Source: Eledone cirrhosa (Eukaryota). Taken from it: 64,000 bases of DNA. Numbering within the stretch: the first letter of the stretch is position 1; each line of letters starts with the position of its first letter. Positions 14,052 to 26,997 of the stretch are shown here, piece by piece. The notes beneath the pieces are model-generated. The model saw nothing but the letters and a program-made list of their open reading frames with translations, searched no databases and was not told the origin of the DNA. A program made the position numbers and the translations under genes. The stretch lies in NCBI GenBank assembly GCA_964016885.1, contig OZ024742.1:82956001-83020000 (forward strand). Reading direction: 5' to 3'.

Positions 14052-15149
14052 ATATATATATATATATATATATATACATACATAGAGTAAGGGAGAAGAG
14101 AGAAGGGGAGAAAGCGAGAAAGATAAATAGTAGATAAATATGATAGAAAGATAGGCAAAGACAAATATTTCTATATAAAAAAAATATATATATATAAATA
14201 TAAAGAAACATCTGGAATTTCTTGAAACATGATGAACGTAGTAGATTTCGGTTAGAGTAAATGATTTCGAAGCTAATTATATTTATAAAAGCAACCCTGC
14301 TAAATCAAGTTAAAGCAAATTAGATAATAATATCGCTTAGTGTTCTTAAATGCAACATATCCTTCCTTCCACTTCGTATAATTTGTTCCTTTTGTCACTG
14401 AATATGCTCTTGCTTCTGTGTTTTCTTATTATTACCTTACTGTAGTAAAGTAAAACCAGCATTAGGAATCCAACAAAGAAAATAACTATGTACAAATTAT
14501 ACGTATGAATCTGCTGCATTGATTCCCAGAAATTCTTTATTTCATCTATAGTATATTATTTTATTCATCTTTGATACATACTCTCCCTGTATTTATTTCA
14601 TTTTTTTTTCTTTCCCTTCCATTTTTTTTTCAAATTGACAGCTCACATTGATGAAATATCTCTAGTTCTACAAGAACGGATACAGTTGGTTTGTAACCAC
14701 TTCCTGTAAAGTTATGGTTTTTCTCTTTTTTTTACATATATTTTAATTTGTTTAGCAGTTAACTTTCTTCTCAAAGTTTTTATTTCTGTTCTCTTTATAC
14801 TTTGGAATGTCATACTTCTCGAAATCCTGTTTTATTGATTTTCCTGAAATTTAGACTCATCTTATTGATCTTTTTCTTGCCTTTAAGCCGAAGGAGATTT
14901 CCAACAACATATCTACAGATAAATAATAGATATTTCAATAAATACCCGTTTCTTACCGTTCAATATTATTACTTAACTTGGTTAAACACAGCCAATGTTA
15001 ATATAATGCGAGAAATTGGTGCCTGAAGACTTTGGCAACATTCTTACATGATTCTGATACAGTTATCATACATTTGGAACACACCTGCACTAGGTTGGGT
15101 TTCTCAAAGTTATTTCATTATTATTCTTGGTGGTGCTGTTACTGTTATT

Positions 15150-15457
15150 GCCGAGGTTAAATTTGCCTTTCATCCTTACGGTGTCGATACAATAAAGCAG
15201 CAGTAATATACTTGTATAATTGCTGGCCTTGTGCCAGAAGTAGAAACATTTATTATTATGATTATTTAAGGCCGGTAGATTGGCAGTATTGGTAGAGGGT
15301 CGGACGCCATGCTTTGACGCATAGAGTTACGGCCCTTGCCATTCTGAGTTCAATTCCTGCCAAGGTTAACTTTCCCTTTTATCCTTAAGGGGTTCATAAA
15401 ATAAAGTACCAGTAATACACTGATTAATTGCTGGCCTTGTGCCAAAAGTAGAAACAA
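15150..15457 (+). mobile_element. Two tandem SINE copies (a 3' half, then a near full-length copy)
   Basis: Both match 4071-4258. Confidence 0.75.
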
Positions 15458-16028
15458 TTATTATTATTATTTATTATCTGACTGCGAAGACATGTTTTTG
15501 TGAGCTCCGCAAAGTAGTGCATTTTCATGACATTTCAATTGTATTAATTGATATATTTTTTTGCAAAACTGTCGTAAAATATCCGACGTTGGCCAGTGAA
15601 TATTATACTCCAATATTTAGACGTTTGAACTTTATATTTCATAATTCGTTGAAAAGAAACAGGAGCGAGACAAGTCTCACAATAGTGAGTCTGCTGTTTC
15701 GTGACAGTGACTTAAAGGTTGATATAAGAGATATTGCAAAAATAACAAGCAGCTTTGTGCACACAAAAGAAAAATATAATAATTACAAACACAACCTGCA
15801 ACAACAAAATTAGCAACACCACCAACAACAACATGAAAACAACATCATCAAATCCCACACTGATGAAAACATCGGCAACAACAACTCCAAGAGCAACCAT
15901 GTAATTAAAAACAACATCAACACCAACTTCAAGAACGAAAACAACAACTGCACCAAGAAAAACACCAATTGCAACAAAATAACAAAATCTTAAACACAGG
16001 AATAAAAACACAAACATCTATTATCTAT

Positions 16029-17118
16029 CTAAGGCGGGTAAAATTCCCGAGATCCATGGACGAGTTCTCTCCAGCGGTCTCTGCCCCTCATTATCGCTGC
16101 CATGTCCTGCGTCTCCAACAGACCAGTGTCTGTCCTTAGGGCATCAACATACGTTAACCTTGGTCTTCCTCTTCTAGTGTGTCCATGTAGTGCCTCCCAA
16201 AGAAGCACTGAGTGCAATGTCAGATCTGGATGTCGGTGAGCATGTCCAGCTAACCTCAGTCTCCTCTGTGTCACTTTTGAGCTGACTTTTGGGATACACC
16301 CATACAGCTCTGAGTTTTTCATCCTCAGTGTATATTGATTAATGTTCAGAGCCATCCTCAGCATTCTCGTGTAGCACCCATCCACCATCTGAGTGAGTTT
16401 CTTGGTCAGTGTCCAATCTCAGACCCATACAGCAGCACAGACTCCACTACAGCAATGAAGAGGCGGATTTTCAGGTCTCTACGAAGGTCCGACTTCCACA
16501 CCGATCTCATGCTGTGGCACGCCGCCCAGGCCTTGCTCTTCCTCTCAACCACATCATCTTCCGTATTCCCAATCTCTGCTCCCAAATACAGGAAGTCCTC
16601 AACCAATTCTAGCGGCTTCCCGCCTACATTAGTGATCCCCTCTGGCTTCTCAACATTCTCTACCAGATATTTTGTTTTAGTCTCATTCATTCTCATCCCC
16701 ACACTCATCGACACAGTCTCAACCTCCCGCATCAAATCCTCTGCCTCCTTCACTGTATTTGTCACCAAAACTATGTCGTCGGCAAATTCAGCATCCGATA
16801 CCTTTTTCGCCCTAACTCTCCTGCTCTGAGTCGGTGCTACAGTAAAGCCAGAGTCCTGGTGTTTCTCCAGTGCAAGGCGCATACAATAGTCCACTACGAT
16901 GATAAAAAGGTAGGGAGCCAATGTATCTCCCTGGAGCACTCCAGCCAGTATCTCAAAGAACTCTTTCATCCTATCAGGTGTAATGACTTGGGTTTTGGTG
17001 TTGGTGTAGAGCAGTGATATCAGGTCCACTATCTTCTTGGGGATTCCATAAGCCTGTAAGATCTTCATCAGGCAGTAACGGTCCACAGAATCAAAGGCCT
17101 TCCTAAAGTCAATGAAAA
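16029..17118 (-). mobile_element. 5'-truncated RTE LINE (RT domain to 3' end)
   Basis: GVLQGDTLAPYLFIIVVDY, EFADDI, FLYLG, ESVLLYGSE; frameshift near 16410; same family as 42069-45322. Confidence 0.95.
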
Positions 17119-18370
17119 CTGGGAGCTAACAAGACATTACGGAGAGCCTTCCATGTGACTCGGGAAACCCAAATGTAAAATCAAAGAGCAGTCTTTTAAA
17201 GCTGTTCCCAATAGAAATCCCATCAGCCATGGAGATGGAACCCTTTCACTTTCACTAACCCCCAGACGCTAAGTAAACATTTTGTCCGTTTATCAATCAT
17301 CAAAATGGCTATCTTAAGAGTTGATTTCATAAATATTCGTTACCTCTCGCTGTCCTTAAATCAGGGTCGCTAGCTGAACGTCATCAGGTCGCTAGATATG
17401 GATGAGACTACATCAGCGAGACCAATATTTCCAACACGCAAACAAACCCCCATTTTCGCCGACTATCAGATCTTCGCATTTATTAGTCCACCAGGAATGG
17501 TAGGTATGGTGGTAGTTTTAGGAAAGGGCGGGATATCGAGCGAGGGAAGGAAGAGCTTCCTTGACCCAGGCAGTACATTGATGGATTGGACGTGAGCATA
17601 TAGGGGACAGGGAGAGAGGGAGTTACAACAAAATCGAATAAAAATAAATTAACAAATAACAATATACAAAAATCAAAAAATGAAAATTCCCCAATAGGAG
17701 GAAAAGCCATCAGGGAACGACTCAGGTAGTCCACCAATTATAAACCACCCGACGCTTCACAGGAGAGCACCTTTCTCCTCCCTAAATCAGACAGCCTACG
17801 AGGAATGGTCAGAGTAGGCCCATTGATCGGGCCATCCATGCAACATTGCACTGAGTGGCAGCAATTCCCTCTTCACCCTCAGCTTCCTTTCCTAGTGAAG
17901 CTTGAAAAAGTTGATGAAGGATTATCCGAATGGAAAAGTGTCCTCTCTTCTGTTCTTTCAGCCTCATACACCACATAACCTCTTTTACTAGAGTCACCAG
18001 CCAGAGAACACTGCCTGCGCATCCCAGCCAAAATAAGGGGGTTGGGAGATCGTCATGATGAATCAGTCCAACCCACGATAAAATAAAAGGAGTTTGATAT
18101 AAAATCAACAAATGAGTAATGCACAGAGCCGTATGACCGAATTTCTGTGGCTCTAGCGTTTACCTCGGAACGGCACTGCCCTATTTATTCATGAATCTCG
18201 GATCAAACGTCCTCCTGAACAGATTGGTCCTTTCATAGGTTCCCGAACCTCCGCGAAGGCGACGTGGCACTTGCCCGTCATCTATTTATTGTTCTAAATT
18301 CCGAACATCTTTTCAGTATGTAAATTGAAATATGCAAATTATATACCTGTATATGTGTATCTATATATAA

Positions 18371-18481
<111 letters not shown>

Positions 18482-18494
18482 TATACTGTATATA

Positions 18495-18544
<50 letters not shown>

Positions 18545-18656
18545 ACGAAGGAGGTGTGGTAAGGAACCAGATGGACCATAACGCAGAGTACTCAATACTT
18601 ATGCTAGTAGAGTGGGTAATAGTAAAATGTATATACACTTTCCTATATATATATAC

Positions 18657-18700
<44 letters not shown>

Positions 18701-18731
18701 AGTGTAATTTTCTACACAAAACGAAGGTTAT

Positions 18732-18923
18732 AGAGAAAATTAAGGTTGGTAATGGCACATGGAATATATAAGAGACAGAATACTTTTTTGTGAAAAAACA
18801 TATAATTTTATAAGGTAAGGAAATAAATACCCTTTATTATTTCCTTACCTTATAAAATTATATGTTTTTTCACAAAAAAGTATTCTGTCTCTTATATATT
18901 CCATGTGCCATTACCAACCTCAA

Positions 18924-18931
<8 letters not shown>
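18732..18931. repeat. Near-perfect 200-bp palindrome
   Basis: Arms of ~95 bp around a short aatacccttta spacer. Confidence 0.9.
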
Positions 18932-19019
<88 letters not shown>

Positions 19020-20011
19020 ATATATATATATGTGGGGGGGGGGGGGTATGTGTGTGTATCGGCGTCCAGGCGTGCTAATATCCATCATATCAGCTCTAGA
19101 AGCTGTTATTAAACTATTTTCTGAAGTCAAAGATTCGGTGAAAACTACAATTTCAATTCAGTGTTTACACAGACGCACACACACACATACACACATGCGC
19201 GCGCACACAGATATATATTAATACGACTAATAAAAAGGATGATATGTTAAGTCTTCATTACTCTGGTGAAAGTACAGTAACTGGACGTTACAATCTATAA
19301 ATATATCTGTATATATACATATATATTCATACCCGTTTTTCTAGGTGTATATATACTAACATATATATACTTAATCACGTCCTTATGTCTGTCTTTCTAT
19401 CATCATATCTAACATTCTATCCGTCACTCGATAAATATCGGTGTGTATGTGTTTATATATCAATATTTTTCATTCATATGAAATAGAAAAAATATTTGAG
19501 ATATTTGTTCAAGAGAATTAGCTTGAAATAAAAAGAAAAAATTAACATTTCGCTAACTCAAAAGAAAACAATGAAAATATATATACAAAAGCCAAACAAC
19601 GTGATGAAATACCACGTAAAATGGTATTTATACCTTTTCTGGTGGTAGGAGAGGGTGGTGATTGGGAGGGATGGAGGTCATTGGTTGATGGATTTTAAAA
19701 AAGGGAATTCTTTAAAAACTATATTTAGAGTGACAAAGGCAGAAAATGTCTATAGACAGGTTCACACTGTGGGGTTGCACTTCTGATGTTTAAGGTTCAC
19801 CTAAGCTACATATGGCTATTCATTGGTAGCTCTGCTGAAATGGTCAGGGGCCTACACTCACACTCGCACACATACACATGCCTTCACCACACACGCACAC
19901 GCACAAACACACACTCATATACATATATGTATATACATATCTAAACACATACATACACATATATATACACATATACCCACACATACATACAAACGCACGC
20001 ACGCACACACA

Positions 20012-20088
<77 letters not shown>

Positions 20089-20124
20089 ATAAATATATAT
20101 ATATATATATAAAGTCTAAAGTCT

Positions 20125-20391
20125 TAAGCCAGAAGCCTCATTTGGCCGGTGTTTTTCCCGTTTTGATGGCGTGAAGCGACTGAGAGTACAAGACTCCCAC
20201 CTCGACAGGACGCCAGTCCATTGCTGGGCTTAAATCCCCAGCTATCGCTGGTACTCATTTTCAGCTGAGCATACTGGAGCAACATGAAATGAAGTGTTTT
20301 GCTCAAGAACACAACACGCAACCCAGGAATCGAACGCATGACATTGTGGTGAGAAGTCCAACACCCTTACCACTAGGCCACGAGCCTCCAC
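20125..20391 (-). mobile_element. tRNA-derived SINE (second family)
   Basis: Reverse strand tggaggctcgtggcctagtggtaagggtgttgg...gttcgattcctggg...tgttcttgagcaaaacacttcatttca; fragments at 28905-29003 and 30737-30840. Confidence 0.8.
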
Positions 20392-21086
20392 TTGTTACGG
20401 TCCTTCGTTATCTCCTCGGTGAGTTTCAGCGATCTGAGGTCTACTCTCACCACCTCCGCCCATGTTTTACGTGGTCTACCTCTACTGCGTCTTCATTCTA
20501 CTGGGATTTCTTGGCACTTCTGTACTCAGCGGTCATCCTCCATGCGCATGACCTGTCCATACCATCTATGCCTTCTCTCGTGCACACCACAACTTATCCC
20601 TCTTATACCCAGTTTCTTTCTCAACTCGTCGATGCTTGGTCGTTCACGCACATTGACATTGTACATTCCACGGAGTATACTTGCTTCATTTCTCTCCAGC
20701 CGTCGCGTATCCTCTGCAGTTGCTGCCCATGTCTCACTACCATGCAGCATCGCGTATCTCACACAGGCATCATATAACCGTCCTTTTGATAAACCCTTCT
20801 TTGTCAACAAAGGAAGCAGCTCCCTAAACTTCTTCCAACACGTCCTTATTCTAGATACTATGGCCTCGAAACACCCCCTCCCATGCTAATCTGATCACCT
20901 AGGTACCGAAAGCTATCAACCACTTCTATAGAACCCACCTGCATTTGAAAAATGTCTCCGTCACTGCAATTACCACTGCCAACTTTCCTTGTACATCTAG
21001 TGCATACGTAGTTTTCCCTACCTGTTAGTTTGCTTGCTATCCCACTACATGTCTTCTGTACCCAGGATCTGCATTGCGTACATTTT
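20392..21086 (-). mobile_element. RTE-type LINE 3' fragment with a PHD-like Cys cluster
   Basis: CTQCRSWVQKTCSGI...YVCTRC, then EVVDSFRYLGDQI, KGRLYDACVRYAMLHGSETW and RWYGQVMRM. Confidence 0.85.
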
Positions 21087-21091
21087 ATGTA

Positions 21092-21161
<70 letters not shown>

Positions 21162-21672
21162 ATGTGTGTGTGTGTGTGGCTATCTTCATATTTAATATAC
21201 AAATGGCTTCTACAGGACCATATATATGTTCACTACAAATACGAATAATACCATTACCACCACCCACAAACAACATCACACACACTTACACATCTCTAGA
21301 CATGCACAAACACACATGTTTACAAGCAAAATAAGTACCTTATACACACACATACGTACCCACACATGCTATCATACGCCTTTTGACTCCATATTACTGA
21401 AATTCATCTGAATTAATATATTAAAATTAAAATGTAATAATTAATACGCTGGTAGTGTAAATCATATAAAATATTTCGCGTAGCAACTAGTAACAGTACC
21501 AACTAGTAACTCTAATTAAACACACCTTAGCATCCATAGGTATTCATTACAGTCTTAGGTGAATTATATGTCAGAACACATAATGAACAATTCCAAAGCC
21601 TTATATGTACACCTGTAGGTCTGCAGACCCCCACATACATACAATTATAAGTGACATATATATATATATATA

Positions 21673-22412
21673 TATAAACGGAAAAAATGAAACGAAATTT
21701 CATTTCTCACTCTTAGTACAGCTGTTACTTAAATATAAGTATGTATACGTACATACATATATGTATACAGACGTACAGTAGTATGTATATATATATACAT
21801 ACATGCACACATATATATATGTACGTATGGATTCACCGAACATTTATTATAATACTCGGTGTGTTTGTAAACAAACATCCCGAATTAAGCCGTACAGTGT
21901 CTAGCAACCATCGTTACTCATTTGTTCAACACTAACAAAGGAACGCTGTACTAGTTTCAAGCTTATTAGCTATCGTCAACAACGTATACCTTCCTGCCAG
22001 ATGGTTGAACGTCTGAAAGTATATACTTTCCTTATGCATATTAACGGCTGAGCAGCCTAATTTGCATATCGAGTGTGTTAATCGGCCGGAGTACCGAAAA
22101 CGATAAACGGAAAAATGAAACGAAATTTCATTTCTCACTCTTAGTACAGCTGTTACTTAAATATAAGTATGTATACGGACATACATATATGTATACAGAC
22201 GTACAGTAGTATGTATATATATATACATACATGCACACATACATATATGTACGTATGGATTCACCGAACATTTATTATAATGCTCGGTGTGTTTGTAAAC
22301 AAACATCCCGAATTAAACTGTACAGTGTCTAGCAACCATCGTTGCTCATTTGTTCAACACTGACAAAGGAACGGTGTACTAGTTTGAAGCTTATTAGCTA
22401 CCGTCAGCAACG
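21673..22412 (-). repeat. 428-bp tandem repeat (~1.7 units) with one hammerhead per unit
   Basis: Near-identical blocks at 21741 and 22169; (TA)n flanks. Confidence 0.9.
21943..21985 (-). ncRNA. Minimal type I hammerhead ribozyme (428-bp family)
   Basis: Reverse complement ACGTTG-TTGACGA-T-AGCT aata AGCT-T-GAAA-CTAG-TA-CAGCGT. The second copy (22371-22412) has CTGACGG and CAAA, so the consensus is CTGACGA...GAAA. Confidence 0.65.
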
Positions 22413-22428
22413 ATATGTATATATATGA

Positions 22429-22473
<45 letters not shown>

Positions 22474-22690
22474 GTTAAAGATGTACATCCATATATGTAT
22501 ACTGAAATACTAGTATGTATATGAATACACACACGTATACATATGTAGATGTACCAAGTTTTTTTCACTGGTCACTTTACTGTGAGTGGCCAGCTATTCT
22601 GTATGTAAACACACCGACAAACCGGTTTTTAGAGTCATACGGGTTTTTGAGGAAACACCTTTCCTCTATTCTCCAAAAAGCCAGACAAGG

Positions 22691-22735
22691 AATATTGAAC
22701 TAGTTTCGTTGTTGTTACAACTCATCAGCAATATT
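22691..22735 (-). ncRNA. Minimal type I hammerhead ribozyme (468-bp family, inverted arm)
   Basis: Exact reverse complement of the plus-strand HHR. Confidence 0.9.
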
Positions 22736-22841
22736 TACCTATCTTCCGGCCTCTCTAGAGAATCGTAAAAGCACATATCGTTATATGCTTTTTCTATGAA
22801 AATTAGTAGTACGATTCTCTAGAGAGGCCGGAAGATAGGTA

Positions 22842-22886
22842 AATATTGCTGATGAGTTGTAACAACAACGAAACTAGTTCAATATT
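22842..22886 (+). ncRNA. Minimal type I hammerhead ribozyme (468-bp family, unit 1)
   Basis: AATATTG-CTGATGA-GTTG taacaa CAAC-GAAA-CTAG-TT-CAATATT. Canonical core, 7-bp stem I, palindromic ACTAGT stem III; GUU^ after 22879. Confidence 0.92.
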
Positions 22887-23309
22887 CCTTGTCTGGCTTT
22901 CTGGAGAATAGAGGAAAGGTGTTTCTTCAAAAACCAGTATGACTCTAAAAACCGGTTTGTCTGTGTGTTTACATACAGAATAGCTGGCCACTCACAGTAA
23001 AGTGACCAGTGGAAAAAACTTGGTACATCTACATATGTATACGTGTGTGTATTCATATACATACTAGTATTTCAGTATACATATATGGATGTACATCTTT
23101 AACTTAATTGTTTAAGCGTCAGTCATACAAAAGTGAGTTACAAACGAAACGAAATTTAATTTCGTTTCGTTATTTGTTTTTATCGTCTCCGTTGAACCGG
23201 TACTTACTCACACTCTATGCAAGTTAGTCTGCCCACTACTAATTTTCATAGAAAAAGCATATAACGATATGTGCTTTTACGATTCTCTAGAGAGGCCGGA
23301 AGATAGGTA

Positions 23310-23354
23310 AATATTGCTGATGAGTTGTAACAACAACGAAACTAGTTCAATATT
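23310..23354 (+). ncRNA. Minimal type I hammerhead ribozyme (468-bp family, unit 2)
   Basis: Identical to 22842-22886. Confidence 0.92.
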
Positions 23355-23777
23355 CCTTGTCTGGCTTTCTGAAGAATAGAGGAAAGGTGTTTCCTCAAAA
23401 ACCAGTATGACTCTAAAAACCGGTTTGTCTGTGTGTTTACATACAGAATAGCTGGCCACTCACAGGAAAATGACCAGTGAAAAAAACTTGGTACATCTAC
23501 ATATGTATACGTGTGTGTATTCATATACATACTAGTATTTCAGTATACATATATGGATGTACATCTTTAACCTAATTGTTTAAGCGGCAGTCATACAAAA
23601 GTGAGTTACAAACGAAACGAAATTTAATTTCGTTTCGTTATTTGTTTTTATCGTCTCCGTTGAACCGGTACTTACTCACACTCTATGCAAGTTAGTCTGC
23701 CCACTACTGATTTTCATAGAAAAAGCATATAACGATATGTGCTTTTACGATTCTCTAGAGAGGCCGGAAGATAGGTA

Positions 23778-23822
23778 AATATTGCTGATGAGTTGTAACA
23801 ACAACGAAACTAGTTCAATATT
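23778..23822 (+). ncRNA. Minimal type I hammerhead ribozyme (468-bp family, unit 3)
   Basis: Identical to 22842-22886. Confidence 0.92.
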
Positions 23823-24245
23823 CCTTGTCTGGCTTTCTGAAGAATAGAGGAAAGGTGTTTCCTCAAAAACCAGTATGACTCTAAAAACCGGTTTGTCTGT
23901 GTGTTTACATACATAATAGCTGGCCACTCACAGTAAAGTGACCAGTGAAAAAAACTTGGTACATCTACATATGTATACGTGTGTGTATTCATATACATAC
24001 TAGTATTTCAGTATACATATATGGATGTACATCTTTAACTTAATTGTTTAAGCGTCAGTCATACAAAAGTGAGTTACAAACGAAACGAAATTTAATTTCG
24101 TTTCGTTATTTGTTTTTATCGTCTCCGTTGAACCGGTACTTACTCACACTCTATGCAAGTTAGTCTGCCCACTACTAATTTTCATAGAAAAAGCATATAA
24201 CGATATGTGCTTTTACGATTCTCTAGAGAGGCCGGAAGATAGGTA

Positions 24246-24290
24246 AATATTGCTGATGAGTTGTAACAACAACGAAACTAGTTCAATATT
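24246..24290 (+). ncRNA. Minimal type I hammerhead ribozyme (468-bp family, unit 4)
   Basis: Identical to 22842-22886. Confidence 0.92.
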
Positions 24291-24713
24291 CCTTGTCTGG
24301 CTTTCTGGAGAATAGAGGAAAGGTGTTTCCTCAAAAACCAGTATGACTCTAAAAACCGGTTTGTCTGTGTGTTTACATACAGAATAGCTGGCCACTCACA
24401 GTAAAGTGACCAGTGAAAAAAACTTGGTACATCTACATATGTATACGTGTGTGTATTCATATACATACTAGTATTTCAGTATACATATATGGATGTACAT
24501 CTTTAACTTAATTGTTTAAGCGGCAGTCATACAAAAGTCAGTTACAAACGAAACGAAATTTAATTTCGTTTCGTTATTTGTTTTTATCGTCTCCGTTGAA
24601 CCGGTACTTACTCACACTCTATGCAAGTTAGTCTGCCCACTACTAATTTTCATAGAAAAAGCATATAACGATATGTGCTTTTACGATTCTCTAGAGAGGC
24701 CGGAAGATAGGTA

Positions 24714-24758
24714 AATATTGCTGATGAGTTGTAACAACAACGAAACTAGTTCAATATT
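24714..24758 (+). ncRNA. Minimal type I hammerhead ribozyme (468-bp family, unit 5)
   Basis: Identical to 22842-22886. Confidence 0.92.
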
Positions 24759-25052
24759 CCTTGTCTGGCTTTCTGGAGAATAGAGGAAAGGTGTTTCCTC
24801 AAAAACCAGTATGACTCTAAAAACCGGTTTGTCTGTGTGTTTACATACAGAATAGCTGGCCACTCACAGTAAAGGGACCAGTGAAAAAAACTTGGTACAT
24901 CTACATATGTATACGTGTGTGTATTCATATACATACTAGTATTTCAGTATACATATATGGATGTACATCTTTAACTTAATTGTTTAAGCGTCAGTCATAC
25001 AAAAGTCAGTTACAAACGAAACGAAATTTAATTTCGTTTCGTTATTTGTTTT

Positions 25053-25106
<54 letters not shown>

Positions 25107-25138
25107 TAACGAGAATGTATATATATATATATATATGA

Positions 25139-25220
<82 letters not shown>

Positions 25221-26330
25221 GAACATTCATATATATATACATTCTCACCCTCAATTACTCCGTATACACGCGTTTAACTCTGTAGTAATAGATCCCACTT
25301 AATTAAAATGTGCTTTATTTTTTAAAGATTAATTGTATACTTCTACCTCTAGTTTAAGGTAATTTACGTGTTATCTTAGCTACCAGTAACAAAAAAAAAA
25401 AGAAAAAATAGGTTCTCTAGTTTACAGATACACTTAATTTGTTAATGGTTTACTTGGCTACTCTTTGATCGGTAGAACTTACTGCTGGTCGTGATGCAAA
25501 TATGGCTCTGTGGTCTGAAAATGGCGGAGACATGCCTGGTGGCAGGCATACATACACACACACCCTCATATATCTTCGATCGATATAATTCTACCTCCTC
25601 TTAACAATTCTATCATAAGTATAACGCGGATGAACGCATGGTGACACACATACATAAACATACGGATGCACATACCGATGCGCACATAGCCACACACATC
25701 CATAGGCACACATACACAGGTACTTTCCCATTCATACAAATACTCCTTAAATATATATATAAAAATGTATAAAAATCCATGTATCTGTATCTGTATATGA
25801 GAAATGCAATCAAATCATTCTAAAACCCTTTGCAAGATCCCATAAGAAACACTTTATATCCTTATATGGACAAACTACGCCCCAATGATATGGACTAACC
25901 GAGATGATAACAGTATGGAACTAGCTGTTGAAATGATAAGAGCTGAGCCGTCGGGTCCCGATTCTTTATAATATAGGCATCCTCTACTACCTCAGTTATC
26001 AAGGACTCTATTGAGTAATAGTCTAACTAGTTTTAAACTGGTTCCATCTTAATATATGTATATATATATATATATGTGTGTGTGCATCTGTGCATGTGTG
26101 TGTGTGCGCGCGTCCCAGGTTCAATCGGGGTAACCACAGTAAGTAAGGTACTTAATACATTAGTAGTATGTAAACATCAAGTTTCATATAGAGAATGGCT
26201 TCTAAATTTCTAGTCTTGTAGAAGCCAATTCTATATCAAATTTGTTATACGTATATATACACAGTTTATACACATACTTTGACCCATACCCGTATCTCCG
26301 TCTCTATCTCTCTCCCCCTCTCTCTCTCTT

Positions 26331-26393
<63 letters not shown>

Positions 26394-26410
26394 TGAGAGA
26401 TAGAGAGAGA

Positions 26411-26451
<41 letters not shown>

Positions 26452-26823
26452 TTAGTGAAAGACAGAGAGTAGAGATAGTTTGTTATATCGAGGCAACAAT
26501 GAATATTGTGAAGAAATCGAGAAAAGAATTAATCAAACAAAGAAGGAATGAATAAATAAAGAACAAAGGGATGAAAAAATGGCGAATTCGTAATAAAGAA
26601 AGCCATGGTTGGTGTTTCAAAGAACATGTTTGAAAACGAAATCTGCTTGAAAGCGAGAAAATAATATTTGTTGATGTCAAAAACAATTACAATAAAAATA
26701 CTTCAAATAAGACAAAAAATGGAAGGATTGGTATTTGACAGGCAGCCAAGAGAGGAAGCATTATATTTGTTGTGAAGAAATGGTACATACATACATATAT
26801 ATATATATACATATATATATACA

Positions 26824-26905
<82 letters not shown>

Positions 26906-26906
26906 C

Positions 26907-26997
<91 letters not shown>

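Larger units (their letters stand above)
22470..25054. repeat. 468-bp retrozyme-like array: inverted arm (22470-22810) plus ~4.8 direct units (22810-25054)
   Basis: Exact 468-bp period (HHRs at 22842, 23310, 23778, 24246, 24714); units differ by only a few substitutions; (TA)n on both sides. Confidence 0.95.

Noticed and set aside
15712-16017. Hydrophobic 101-aa ORF
   Set aside because: It is the reverse strand of a degenerate (CAA)n tract.
22515-24934. Recurrent 60-aa and 62-aa ORFs in the 468-bp unit
   Set aside because: They recur only because the DNA repeats; they are antisense to the ribozyme, have no recognisable domain and are not kept in the 428-bp homologue.
22810-25054. CRISPR-like reading of the regularly spaced hairpins
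   Set aside because: The intervening sequence is repeated rather than unique spacers; there are no cas genes and the context is eukaryotic.
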